Positions 1 through 8,333 of a DNA stretch of 64,000 nt are shown in pieces. The position numbers were made by a program, and so were the translations under genes. This stretch comes from an uncultured Gemmataceae bacterium (lineage in GTDB: Bacteria; Planctomycetota; Planctomycetia; Gemmatales; Gemmataceae), in assembly GCA_963750165.1 (NCBI GenBank), contig CAVVPN010000004.1, forward strand, positions 896,001 to 960,000, read 5' to 3'. Positions within the stretch are counted from its first letter, which is position 1. Every line of letters begins with the position of its first letter. Under the pieces are notes generated by a model. The model was given only the letters and a program-made list of their open reading frames with translations. It was not told the origin of the DNA and did not search any database.

Positions 1-28
1 CGGGGCCGCTGCCACTTTCACGCCCGGG

Positions 29-56
29 GCAATCCGCCGCGTCCCCGCATTCGTCT
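29..56 (+). promoter_or_regulatory. Possible ECF-type autoregulatory promoter
   Basis: GCAATC (29-34), 16 bp spacer, CGTC (51-54) just upstream of the ECF sigma start; resembles the general ECF -35/-10 layout. Confidence 0.35.
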
Positions 57-69
57 ATGGGGTGAGGGT

Positions 70-630
70 ATGAGCGAACTGGCTGTCGGCACCCAGGCGC
101 GGAAAACCTTGACCGGAGCAGTCACCTCCGACGATGACTTCCTCCGCGCCTTCAACGAGGTGCGCGCCGAGCTGGTCAGCACGCTCTACTTCGTGCTCGG
201 CAACCACGAGGACGCCCAGGACGCCGCCCAGGATGCGTTCCTCAAGTGCTGGCGCTCGCGCGCCGGTTTGACCGAGGTGCGCAACGTGCGTGCCTGGATC
301 TTCCGCGTCGGCCTGAACACCGCCAAGGATCTGCAGCGCAGTGCCTGGCGGCGGCGGTCCCGGCCGCTGGCCGAGAACGTGGATGCGACGCTGCCCGGGT
401 TGGTGGCGGCGTCGCCGGCGGACGCTGTGGAGGAGAAGGAAGCGCTGCAGCAGTTGCGCACCGCCTTGCTGGACCTGCGGCCCGAGGAAAAGGCGGTGTT
501 CCTGTTGCGGCAGAACGGCGACCTGACTTATGAGGAGATCGCCGAGTTGCGCCGCTGCCCGGTGGGCACGGTCAAGACGCAGATGCGGGCCGCCCTGCAA
601 AAACTTCGTCGGGTGCTCAAGGACAAGTGA
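70..630 (+). CDS. ECF RNA polymerase sigma factor
   Basis: Region 2 (DAQDAAQDAFLK...RAWIFRVGLN) and region 4 (LTYEEIAELRRCPVGTVKT); 186 aa; followed by a zf-HC2 gene. Confidence 0.93.
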   Translation: MSELAVGTQARKTLTGAVTSDDDFLRAFNEVRAELVSTLYFVLGNHEDAQDAAQDAFLKCWRSRAGLTEVRNVRAWIFRVGLNTAKDLQRSAWRRRSRPLAENVDATLPGLVAASPADAVEEKEALQQLRTALLDLRPEEKAVFLLRQNGDLTYEEIAELRRCPVGTVKTQMRAALQKLRRVLKDK

Positions 631-636
631 GTCGCC

Positions 637-3600
637 ATGTTTGCGTGCAACGATTGTCGCGACCTGTTGCTGGACCATGTGTACGGCCTGCTCGACGGCG
701 CCGAGGCGGACGCCCTGCGCGACCACCTGGCCGCCTGCGCCGACTGCCGCGCCGCCCAGGCCGCCGCCGCGGGGCAGCAGCACCTGCTGGCGAAGGCCGC
801 CCAGGTTTACGCGCAGGTGCCCGCCTTCCAGGCCCCGGCCGCCGACACCGCCGTGACTGCCGCGGCACCGACCCCGCAGCCAGTGCCCGCCGTCCCGGTT
901 CCGGCAACGCTGCCGCTGTCCGCCGCGCCGCCGCGCCGGCGCCGCTGGCTGGCCGTCGCCGCCGGCATGGCCGCCGCGGCCGCCGTGGTGCTCGCGGTCT
1001 GGGCGTGGCGGCAGTATGACGCAGGGTTGCACCGCCATGAGGCCGACCTGGCCCGTCTGCGCAAGGAAGCGGCCGGCGTGGAGGATCGCTACGCTCAGCT
1101 GTGCAAATCCTTCGATGTGCAACAGGAACAGGCCCCGGCGCAGGTGCGGCGGCAGTTCACGCATCTGCAAGTGCTCGGTCCGGGCGACTACCAACCCGGC
1201 GCCGCCAACACCTACCATGTCGTAACCGAGGACGTGCGGCACCAGCCGCGGCCGGCGCGCGTGACCGTGCGGCTGCTACGGCCGGCGGACACGAAGGTAC
1301 TGTACGCCCGCGCCTACCATAGCCTCGGCGCCGTGGACGTGGTGGTGCCCGGCCACCTGACGGCGGCTCCGGACGCGCCGCCGTTGCTGGTCATCGAGGC
1401 CCAGCCCGACGCGGCTGCGAAGCCCGAGGAAGTCCGCCAACTCCTGCCGGTCCTGAAGCCCGCCCACGTCACGCACGTCGTGCTGAACAAGACCGTCTTC
1501 CACCCCGGCGAGGAACTGTTCTTCCGCACCCTGACGCTGGAGCGCTTCAGCCTGCGGCCGCCAGCCGGCGCCGCGGAGGAGTGCGAGCTGGATGTGCAAC
1601 TGCTGGGGCCGAACGGCCAGGTGGAGCGGCGCATCGCCCGGACCACCAGCAAGGGCATCGCCAGCGACAGCTTCCGGCTGCGCAGCACCCTGCCGCCGGG
1701 CACCTACACGCTGCGCGTCGGGCCGGCCGGGCCCGCGCCGGACGGCCGCGTTTTGTTGCCGGCCCAGCGGCAGCTGACGGTGCTGCACCTGGAGCAGCCG
1801 CAGATTCTGGTGGAGCGCGGCCAGTATGGGCCGAATGAGCAGGTCAAGGGCATGGTCTATGGCGGTTTCAGGGCCGGTGTGACCACGGCCGGGCAGCCCG
1901 CGCTGGTCCAGGCGACGGTCGCAGGCCAGCCGGTCAGCGTCAACGGCCAGCCGCCCGGTCAGCCCGCCTCGATCAAGATGGACGCCAGCGGCAAGGCGCC
2001 GTTCCACCTGCAGATTCCCCCCCAGGTGAAGAAGGAAACCGAGGCGGTCGTCAAGGCCACCTTCGGCGACAAGAACAAGGCGGAGGTGCAGCAGTCGGTC
2101 AAGGTGGTGCCGGCGCCGGTGGACGTGCAGCTGTTCCCCGAGGGCGGCGACCTGGTGCCGGGCGTGCCCAACCGCATTTACTACCGCGCCCAGACGGCCG
2201 ACGGACTGCCTGCCCAGGTCGAGGGCAAGCTGCTCGACAGGCGCGGCGCCGAACTCGCCCACTTCAAGACCCCGCCGGCCGGTATGGGCGGGTTCGGCGG
2301 GCTCGGCGGCACCAACCCCGGTCTGGGCTCTTTCCAGATGACGCCGCCGGCCAGGACGGCAGGCAACGCCCTGGACCGGGCCGAAGTCGAAAAGAAGGCC
2401 GAGAAGAAAAAGGCGACGGCAGAAGATGTGTTCAAGCTGGTGGTGACCTCGCCGCAGGGCGTCACCTGCCGGGATGAGAAAATGCCGGTGCAGGCCAACG
2501 GCGTCGCGCTCCGGGTGGACGAACCAGTGTGCCGCGAGGGCCAACCACTGACGGTACACCTGCGCGACCCGGACCACGGCCGGCCGCTGCTGGTGGCGGT
2601 CGTGTGCCGCGGCCGGCTGGTGGCGCAGCAACACGCCGTGGTGCCGGCGGACGGCGCGACGGTGCGTCTGACCCCGCCGCCGGGCGTGCGCGGCGTGCTG
2701 CGGCTGACGGTCTACGGTGTGGAGGCGAAGGGACTGCGGCCGCTCGCGGAGCGCCTGGTGTACTGCAAGGCAGCGGCGCCGCTACGGTTGACGGCCACCA
2801 GCCTCAACGCTCCGCCCGACGGCTTTTTCCAGCACGGGCAGGAGGCCGCGTTGAAGATTCATGCGTCCGATGCCAGGGAAGCGACAGTGCTGGCCGCGGT
2901 GCTCGACGACCGGCTGAGTCGCGCCGGCGAACCCGGCATCGATCCCCCCGCGGCGTTCTTCTACCTGGCGACCGAGCTGGGGCAGCCGGAGGCCCTGGAG
3001 GACGCCGAGGTGCTGCTGGAAGATGGCCCGAAGGCAGAGCAGGCGCTGGACCTGTTCCTGGGCACGCAGGGCTGGCGGCGCTTCCCGCACGCAGGGACGA
3101 CCACCGAACTGGCCCTGTTGACGGCGGACAACGGCGACCGCGTTGAGGCCGCTTACCGCCAGGCCGTGGAGGCCCGACGCCAGCAGGATTGGGAGGAAGC
3201 GGAGCAGGAGCGCACCGTCCTGCAACAGGAACGGCGGCGGCGGGCGGCGGCGGCCCAGGACGCCGCGGAGGCGCTGGCGGAGTACCAGGCACTGCCGCGG
3301 CACTACGGTAGCCTGGCCGCGGTGGGGGCCATCGCGGTGCTGTTCATGGTATTCGTGCTCGGCGTGCTGGCGGCGCTGGCACAGACGGCGCGTGGCCGGC
3401 CGCTGTCGCGGGTCGCCCTGGGCGGCGCCTGTGGGGCGCTGCTGCTGGGCGTGGGTGTGTACGTCGCCACCCTGGACCTGCGCGGCGGCGACCGCTGGGA
3501 CACACCCCAGGTCGCGGCGGCGCTGCTGCGGCACCCGTGGTCGGAATTGCAGCGGCCCGAAGCGCCGCCGCTGGCCCCGAGGCTGGGGGAGGCCCCGCCG

Positions 3601-4134
3601 CAGGTGGTGCGGTCGCTGGCGGAGCGCGACCGCGCGAAGCACGATCAGAACGCGGTTGCGAAGGACGACCGCTTCCTGCCGGTCCCGCCCGCGGCGGCGT
3701 TCGACGCCCGGTTACGGCAGCAGAACCGGGGCGCCCAGTTGGCCATGAGCGTCGCCGCCCGGGCGCACGCCGACCGCAACATTCGTCCGGAAGCGAAGAG
3801 CGACAAGAAGGGCGGGTTCGGCAAGGGCAAGAGCAAGAACGCCACGCCGCCGACGGCGCCGGCGGCACCGGGCCTTGGCGGCCTGGGCGGCGGCAGGTGG
3901 GAAGGGCAGACGGGTGGTGGCGGAGTGGACAGGGCGCCGCGGCAGTACACGTATTCTGGCAAGGGGCCGGTGACGGATCTGCTGTTGTGGCAACCGGCGC
4001 TGACGCTGACGGACGGCAGTGCGGTGGTGCGCTTCCCCTTGCCGCCGACGCCCGGCGTCTACCGGGTGCTGCTCTACGGCAACACGCCCGATGGCCGCCT
4101 GGGCTTCAGCCAGCGCCGCCTGGAGGCGAAGTAG
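637..4134 (+). CDS. Anti-sigma factor-like membrane protein: zf-HC2 + TM + alpha-2-macroglobulin-type MG domains, no thioester domain
   Basis: N-terminal C..CRDLLLDHVYGLLD...HLAACADC; TM at about nt 946-1008; MG-like motifs NKTVFHPGEELFFR and LFPEGGDLVPGVPNRIYYRA; C-terminal DLLLWQP...GSAVVRFPLP; no CxEQ. Confidence 0.8.
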   Translation: MFACNDCRDLLLDHVYGLLDGAEADALRDHLAACADCRAAQAAAAGQQHLLAKAAQVYAQVPAFQAPAADTAVTAAAPTPQPVPAVPVPATLPLSAAPPRRRRWLAVAAGMAAAAAVVLAVWAWRQYDAGLHRHEADLARLRKEAAGVEDRYAQLCKSFDVQQEQAPAQVRRQFTHLQVLGPGDYQPGAANTYHVVTEDVRHQPRPARVTVRLLRPADTKVLYARAYHSLGAVDVVVPGHLTAAPDAPPLLVIEAQPDAAAKPEEVRQLLPVLKPAHVTHVVLNKTVFHPGEELFFRTLTLERFSLRPPAGAAEECELDVQLLGPNGQVERRIARTTSKGIASDSFRLRSTLPPGTYTLRVGPAGPAPDGRVLLPAQRQLTVLHLEQPQILVERGQYGPNEQVKGMVYGGFRAGVTTAGQPALVQATVAGQPVSVNGQPPGQPASIKMDASGKAPFHLQIPPQVKKETEAVVKATFGDKNKAEVQQSVKVVPAPVDVQLFPEGGDLVPGVPNRIYYRAQTADGLPAQVEGKLLDRRGAELAHFKTPPAGMGGFGGLGGTNPGLGSFQMTPPARTAGNALDRAEVEKKAEKKKATAEDVFKLVVTSPQGVTCRDEKMPVQANGVALRVDEPVCREGQPLTVHLRDPDHGRPLLVAVVCRGRLVAQQHAVVPADGATVRLTPPPGVRGVLRLTVYGVEAKGLRPLAERLVYCKAAAPLRLTATSLNAPPDGFFQHGQEAALKIHASDAREATVLAAVLDDRLSRAGEPGIDPPAAFFYLATELGQPEALEDAEVLLEDGPKAEQALDLFLGTQGWRRFPHAGTTTELALLTADNGDRVEAAYRQAVEARRQQDWEEAEQERTVLQQERRRRAAAAQDAAEALAEYQALPRHYGSLAAVGAIAVLFMVFVLGVLAALAQTARGRPLSRVALGGACGALLLGVGVYVATLDLRGGDRWDTPQVAAALLRHPWSELQRPEAPPLAPRLGEAPPQVVRSLAERDRAKHDQNAVAKDDRFLPVPPAAAFDARLRQQNRGAQLAMSVAARAHADRNIRPEAKSDKKGGFGKGKSKNATPPTAPAAPGLGGLGGGRWEGQTGGGGVDRAPRQYTYSGKGPVTDLLLWQPALTLTDGSAVVRFPLPPTPGVYRVLLYGNTPDGRLGFSQRRLEAK

Positions 4135-4136
4135 CC

Positions 4137-4302
4137 CCAAGCACCCGGACGGGGTAGCGGGTGACAACAGGCTTGGGAGAGTCACCTGGCCACGTGGCCA
4201 CATGGCGCGCCCCTCACCGAGCCCTGCGCGGCAACCAGCGGCAACGCCTGACCCCAACCCCAGACGACAAGCGCTGCTCAACCACCCCGTCCTACTGCTT
4301 GG
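4137..4302. mobile_element. MITE-like element (166 bp)
   Basis: Imperfect terminal inverted repeats CCAAGCAcccGGACGGGGT / ACCCCGTCCtacTGCTTGG; flanking AGCC direct repeat at 4133-4136 and 4303-4306. Confidence 0.5.
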
Positions 4303-4316
4303 AGCCTGTTGCCCTT

Positions 4317-4384
4317 GGGTGTAGCGGAAGTCGCCAGACTTTCGTGCGGTGCTGCTCGGAAGTCTGGCGACTTCCGCTACACCC
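4317..4384. repeat. REP-like inverted pair (GTAG class)
   Basis: 25-bp perfect arms GGGTGTAGCGGAAGTCGCCAGACTT (4317-4341) and its reverse complement (4360-4384). Confidence 0.9.
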
Positions 4385-4433
4385 ACCTTGAGTACCACTC
4401 TCGAGCGGTTCCCAGTCGCGTGGACCACAAACC

Positions 4434-4491
4434 GTGGCACGGCTCTCCAGAGCCGTGGTGGAAACCGCACGGCTCTCCAGAGCCGTGCCAC
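4434..4491. repeat. REP-like doublet GTGGCACGGCTCTCCAGAGCCGTG
   Basis: Two internally palindromic units CACGGCTCT-CC-AGAGCCGTG, outer ends GTGG...CCAC. Confidence 0.85.
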
Positions 4492-4554
4492 CACGAAGCG
4501 GGCCTTGAGCAGGCCACCCGCCAGCAGGTGGGCGATCCACTGGCAGTCCTTGGT
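4492..4554 (-). pseudogene. IS110-family transposase micro-fragment
   Basis: Minus strand reads TKDCQWIAHLLAGGLLKARFV, resembling the IS110 N-terminal domain segment KTDxKDxxWIAxLL..GLL..SFVP. Confidence 0.6.
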
Positions 4555-4738
4555 GCGGGTCCGACGCTAACGCGGGCTCAAGGCACCAAGCGATTCAAAG
4601 ACGACCTCCCCCAGGGCCGGTGGCGGTCCGTTAGCATAGGCCCACTCGCCCCCATTTTCATGATCTCTGGGTGCCGCAACGCGGCATGACGACTCTAACC
4701 CCAGGGCAGGAAAAGCCAGGGCTCTCAGCGTATTTATA

Positions 4739-4908
4739 CCCGAAGAACTCCGCGAATTACGCCAACTGGCGGCCCAGTGGGGAACAATTGTCTCCAGGAG
4801 GGCTTTCGGCGCCGCGGGGCCGGGCCGGCGGTCGATTTCCGGGCCCTGGAACAACTGGCCGAGGGCGCCGCCCCGGGAGTCACTGAGGGCACGCTGCAAC
4901 TCCTCCTG
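4739..4908 (+). pseudogene. Fragment of probable ISKra4-type transposase N-terminal ORF
   Basis: PEELRELRQLAAQWGTIVSRRAFGAAGPG / PAVDFRALEQLAEGAAPGVTEGTLQLLL with one frameshift near 4825; family recalled from planctomycete IS ORFs, unverified. Confidence 0.5.
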
Positions 4909-4912
4909 TCCC

Positions 4913-4957
4913 GATTTATCGGTTCGCGCCCCAGTGCCCAGCGCGAACCGATAAATC
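4913..4957. repeat. Palindrome / possible terminator of rimI
   Basis: 17-bp perfect arms GATTTATCGGTTCGCGC / GCGCGAACCGATAAATC. Confidence 0.8.
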
Positions 4958-5006
4958 AGGAGCTGGGAACCGCTCCAAAGCCGCCAGCGGTAGCACAAGG
5001 ACGAAC

Positions 5007-5540
5007 TCAATTCTCCTCGTACTGCGCGATCCGATTCACCGACTCTTCCAGTTCCTCGCCGGTGTCGTCGGCGAAACGGTACTGCATCAGGAACGCATCC
5101 TCGCCACTATCCTCGTAGTAGGCGCGCAGCACCTTGACCGCCTTGAAGCACTGACGGCTGAAGAACAGCTGCGCCGGCAAGTTCGTCTCGCGCACCTCCA
5201 GCGTGATGCGCGTGCGGCGATGGCTCGACAGCTTGCTGATGAGCTTGGACACCATCTGCGCCCCGACGCCCTGCCGTCGCCAGGCCGGATGCACCGCGAA
5301 GTTCAAAATGTGCAGCTTCGCCTTGTGCAGCTCGTAGATCATGAAGCCGACGACCTTCTCGCCGTGCTCCGCCACCATGCCGATGCAGTTGCGCTGCCGC
5401 AGACAGCGCAAAAAATCCTCCTCCGTCCAGGGAAACTCGAAACTTTGCTGTTCGCTCTGCAGCACCTCGGGCATGTCCCGCCGGATCATCCAGCGGATAT
5501 GCACGCGAACCTGTTCCTTCTCTGTTCGTCCCGTGCTCAT
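5007..5540 (-). CDS. rimI: Ribosomal protein S18-alanine N-acetyltransferase (GNAT)
   Basis: IRWMIRRDMPEVL, LHILNFAVHPAWRRQGVG, LEVRETN, YYEDSGEDAFLM; ATG at 5540 with GAGGAGG upstream. Confidence 0.9.
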   Translation of the reverse strand: MSTGRTEKEQVRVHIRWMIRRDMPEVLQSEQQSFEFPWTEEDFLRCLRQRNCIGMVAEHGEKVVGFMIYELHKAKLHILNFAVHPAWRRQGVGAQMVSKLISKLSSHRRTRITLEVRETNLPAQLFFSRQCFKAVKVLRAYYEDSGEDAFLMQYRFADDTGEELEESVNRIAQYEEN

Positions 5541-5729
5541 GTTTTGACGGCCTCCTCCCCTCGCCACGGTGCGCGCAGCCCCTCCGTGGGTGCGAGCGCG
5601 TCCGCAGTCACCTGTGGTTGACGTTCCGATGTGACCAACCGACCAAGCAAGTTCCGGATGGGGGTGCTCTGGGATGCGGCCGGGTCCGTGGCGTCTCCGC
5701 GGCTTCACCGTTGCCCAAACCACCGCCGG

Positions 5730-5758
5730 ATATTAGCAACGTGTTATGTCGGGCTCAA
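5730..5758 (-). promoter_or_regulatory. Sigma70-type promoter (proximal, rimI)
   Basis: TTGAGC-17 bp-TAATAT with TG extension on the minus strand. Confidence 0.55.
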
Positions 5759-5759
5759 G

Positions 5760-5947
5760 GCCAAGACGGATCCCTTCCGTGGGGCAGGCAGGAATGTCTG
5801 CCCCACGATGGCCGCGACGGAAGAAAGTGGGGGAATCCTTCCCCCGGTGGATCAGCCGTCATGGCTGCCAGACACGTGGAGATTCCCTTCCCCTGTCCCC
5901 AGCCATCCTGGCCAGTCTCCCCGCGGGGGGCGCGATTGTGTAGATTG
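5760..5947 (-). ncRNA. Candidate CsrB/RsmZ-like RNA or distal leader with GGA-loop hairpins
   Basis: Minus-strand hairpins gcca-GGA-tggc (5902-5912), gggga-AGGGAA-tctcc (5878-5893), gggggaa-GGA-ttccccc (5829-5845), ccc-ACGGAA-ggg (5772-5783) downstream of a promoter. Confidence 0.45.
5779..5806. repeat. REP-like palindrome GTGGGGCAG...CTGCCCCAC
   Basis: Related copies at 27992-28052. Confidence 0.75.
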
Positions 5948-5953
5948 GTGAAG

Positions 5954-5982
5954 AGCATATCCACCTTCCCCCCCTTTGGCAA
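5954..5982 (-). promoter_or_regulatory. Sigma70-type promoter (distal)
   Basis: TTGCCA-17 bp-TATGCT on the minus strand, with an AT-rich upstream tract at about 5983-6034. Confidence 0.55.
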
Positions 5983-6034
5983 AGAAATCTTTCTGAAAAT
6001 GTTATAATTGACGTTTGTTTAATTGTTGTTTCGT

Positions 6035-7495
6035 TCACGGTCGCACGCGGATGCCCTGGGGGGTGACGCGCGGCAAGTCCGGCATAGGCCCCGGGTTGGG
6101 CGTGCCGGCGTGCAGCACCGTGTACAGCGTGGCATCGTGCCCCTGGTCGGAGCGCGCCGCCGTCCGCGTCACCTGGAGACCGGCCACCTGCGGCATCAAC
6201 TTCAGGGACAGCGACCGGGTCTGGCCAGCCGGCAGCACCGACAGTAGCCAGTACACGGTGCGCGTCTCGGCCACGTAACTGCCGCTCTCATCGGCGCTGA
6301 CGAACCGCATGCCGTCCGGCAACGTCTGGCTGACGCGGACGTTGTGAGCGTTGATGCGGTCGCGGTTGACCAGTTCCAGGCGGTACTCGTGCTCGCGGAA
6401 CAGGTCCGGCCGCACCGGCCCGGTCTGGCGGAGCCGCAGCCGCGGCTCGGTCACCTGCACGATGGTGCGCGTCGTGACCTGCTGGCCCTCCTTCGTCGTC
6501 ACCAGCGCTTCGTTCACCTGATGGCCCAGGTCGATAGCGACCGTCTCCAGGTCGAACTGCTTGGTTTCGCCCGCGGCCAGCGCGATGGGCTTCATTTCCA
6601 GATCGCGGCCCGGCGCCTGCGTGCCTTCCAGGCCCGGAGGCAGACGGTTGCAGAGCGTCAGGTCCGTCAGCGGCGCGGTGCCGTTATTGGTGATGCAGAT
6701 GTGGAACGTCGCCTTGCTGCCGATGGGGACGATGCTCGGCCCGGTGACGTTCAACAATAACTGCGGCCCGGTGACCGCGGTGTGCAGGCCCTTCGAGACG
6801 GTCACGGTCAACGTGGCGTCGCCCTGCCAGTCGGCGACGCTGGTCGGCTGCACCTCAACGAACACGCGCACCTCCGCGCCCGGGGCCAGGTTGTCGAAAA
6901 CCCACGCCAGCCGGTCGCCGTGCTTCGCTGCGGGCGGCCGGGCGCTCAGGAAGCTTGTGGCCGCCGGCAGCCGGTCTTCCAGGCGCACCTGCTGCGCCGC
7001 CACCGGGCCGATGTTGCGCACGATGATCTCATACGGAAACGCTTCGTGCAGCCGCACGGTCGTTGGCCCCTTTTTCTCCAGGGCCAGCATCGGCGTCAGG
7101 GCTGCGTTGCCGGGTGGCGCCGCCAGCAGGGCCGGACGCTCGACGACCGTGGCGACCGGCTGCACTGGCGGCGTGGTCTGTCGGGACTGCGGCGTCAGCA
7201 GGCGAAACGCGGGCGGCCGGGCCGGCGGCGCCGGCCGGGTCGCTTCCGGTATCGACAACGGCGGCACCGGCAATCCCACATCCGGGAACGCCGGCACTGG
7301 CAGCGGGGGCGATTGCTGGGCGGAGCCGGTGAGCGGCGGCATTTTGGTTACGGGCAGCCCGGTCGATTGTTTGGGCACGATCACGGGCGTTGTTTCGACG
7401 GGCGGCAGATCCGGCATCTGGGCCGCCAACCGCAGGGCGGCCAGCAGCACCAGACCGGTTGTGAGCACGACCACAGGCACATGGCTTTGGCGCAC
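6035..7495 (-). CDS. Secreted DUF11-repeat (OmcB-like) protein
   Basis: Signal peptide from GTG 7495, Pro-rich linker, three Ig-like repeats (LEKKGP...YEIIVRNIG, ITNNGTAPL, YRLELVN...NVRVSQTLPDG). Confidence 0.8.
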   Translation of the reverse strand: MRQSHVPVVVLTTGLVLLAALRLAAQMPDLPPVETTPVIVPKQSTGLPVTKMPPLTGSAQQSPPLPVPAFPDVGLPVPPLSIPEATRPAPPARPPAFRLLTPQSRQTTPPVQPVATVVERPALLAAPPGNAALTPMLALEKKGPTTVRLHEAFPYEIIVRNIGPVAAQQVRLEDRLPAATSFLSARPPAAKHGDRLAWVFDNLAPGAEVRVFVEVQPTSVADWQGDATLTVTVSKGLHTAVTGPQLLLNVTGPSIVPIGSKATFHICITNNGTAPLTDLTLCNRLPPGLEGTQAPGRDLEMKPIALAAGETKQFDLETVAIDLGHQVNEALVTTKEGQQVTTRTIVQVTEPRLRLRQTGPVRPDLFREHEYRLELVNRDRINAHNVRVSQTLPDGMRFVSADESGSYVAETRTVYWLLSVLPAGQTRSLSLKLMPQVAGLQVTRTAARSDQGHDATLYTVLHAGTPNPGPMPDLPRVTPQGIRVRP

Positions 7496-7547
7496 GGTGC
7501 CCTTCCCCCGTTGGGCGTTGGAACTACCGGACAAGACCTACATGTCC

Positions 7548-7616
7548 GGCGAGCGGCGCGGCGTCAGCCCGCCGCTGATAACGAGTTACCGGCGGGCTGA
7601 CGCCGCGCCGCTCGCC
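7548..7616. repeat. REP-like inverted pair GGCGAGCGGCGCGGCGTCAGCCCGCCG
   Basis: Perfect arms; same family at 15681-15789 and 60356-60423. Confidence 0.92.
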
Positions 7617-7633
7617 TGCTGTCCGATAGCGCG

Positions 7634-7996
7634 TTAGCTGTCTTCCAGCCGATACTTCCCCCGATACTGCTCGGCCGGATATTTCTTTTCGTTCTTGACC
7701 ATCTTGGCGGTCATGGCGTCGCTGAGGTCGATGCCGAGCACGTTGCACAGGTTGAACAGGTGCCCGGCCACGTCGGCGATCTCGTCGGCAACGGCCTCAC
7801 GGTCCTTTGGGTTGTCGATGACGCGGCGCGACGCCTCGCCATCGACCCAGAGGAAATGCTCCATCAACTCGGCCGTCTCGACGGCCAGGCCCATGACGAG
7901 GTTCTTGGGGTTGTGGTACGGTCCCCAGGCGCGCTCGACGCTGAAGCGACCGATGAGGGCCTTGAGTTCCGCCACGGTGGTGCTGCTGTCAGGCAT
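7634..7996 (-). CDS. MazG-like nucleotide pyrophosphohydrolase (dCTPase-like), copy 1
   Basis: ERAWGPYHNPKNLVMGLAVETAELMEHFLW...DEIADV...NEKKYP. Confidence 0.9.
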   Translation of the reverse strand: MPDSSTTVAELKALIGRFSVERAWGPYHNPKNLVMGLAVETAELMEHFLWVDGEASRRVIDNPKDREAVADEIADVAGHLFNLCNVLGIDLSDAMTAKMVKNEKKYPAEQYRGKYRLEDS

Positions 7997-8085
7997 GGGT
8001 GTAGGTTCCTGGGGCCGGGCGGCCGCGTCCCCGTGGGCGGCAGCCGAACCGCGTCGTTTGTTCGAGTTCGATGGAAGTGGGCGGC

Positions 8086-8113
8086 ACTATAGCGAGCGGC
8101 GCGGCGCTGTCAA
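8086..8113 (-). promoter_or_regulatory. Sigma70-type promoter for the MazG-like gene
   Basis: TTGACA-16 bp-TATAGT on the minus strand; identical copy at 16259-16286. Confidence 0.65.
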
Positions 8114-8333
8114 GACGACTCGCCGCGTCAGATGGGTTGCAGTCCGCTAAGAACGTTCGGAAGCAAGGAGTGCCTCCGAGCCGCGCACGGAGCGTACGCG
8201 CGGAGTAAGCAGGCGCCCGCGGAGGCGCTGGCAGCATCCCACTCACCCCCGATTCTACCCCTTTCCCGCACCCCGTTGGTATGATACAGAACGGGCATAC
8301 GGCGGGGACCGCTGGTGTGGTGAGGAGCAAGCA

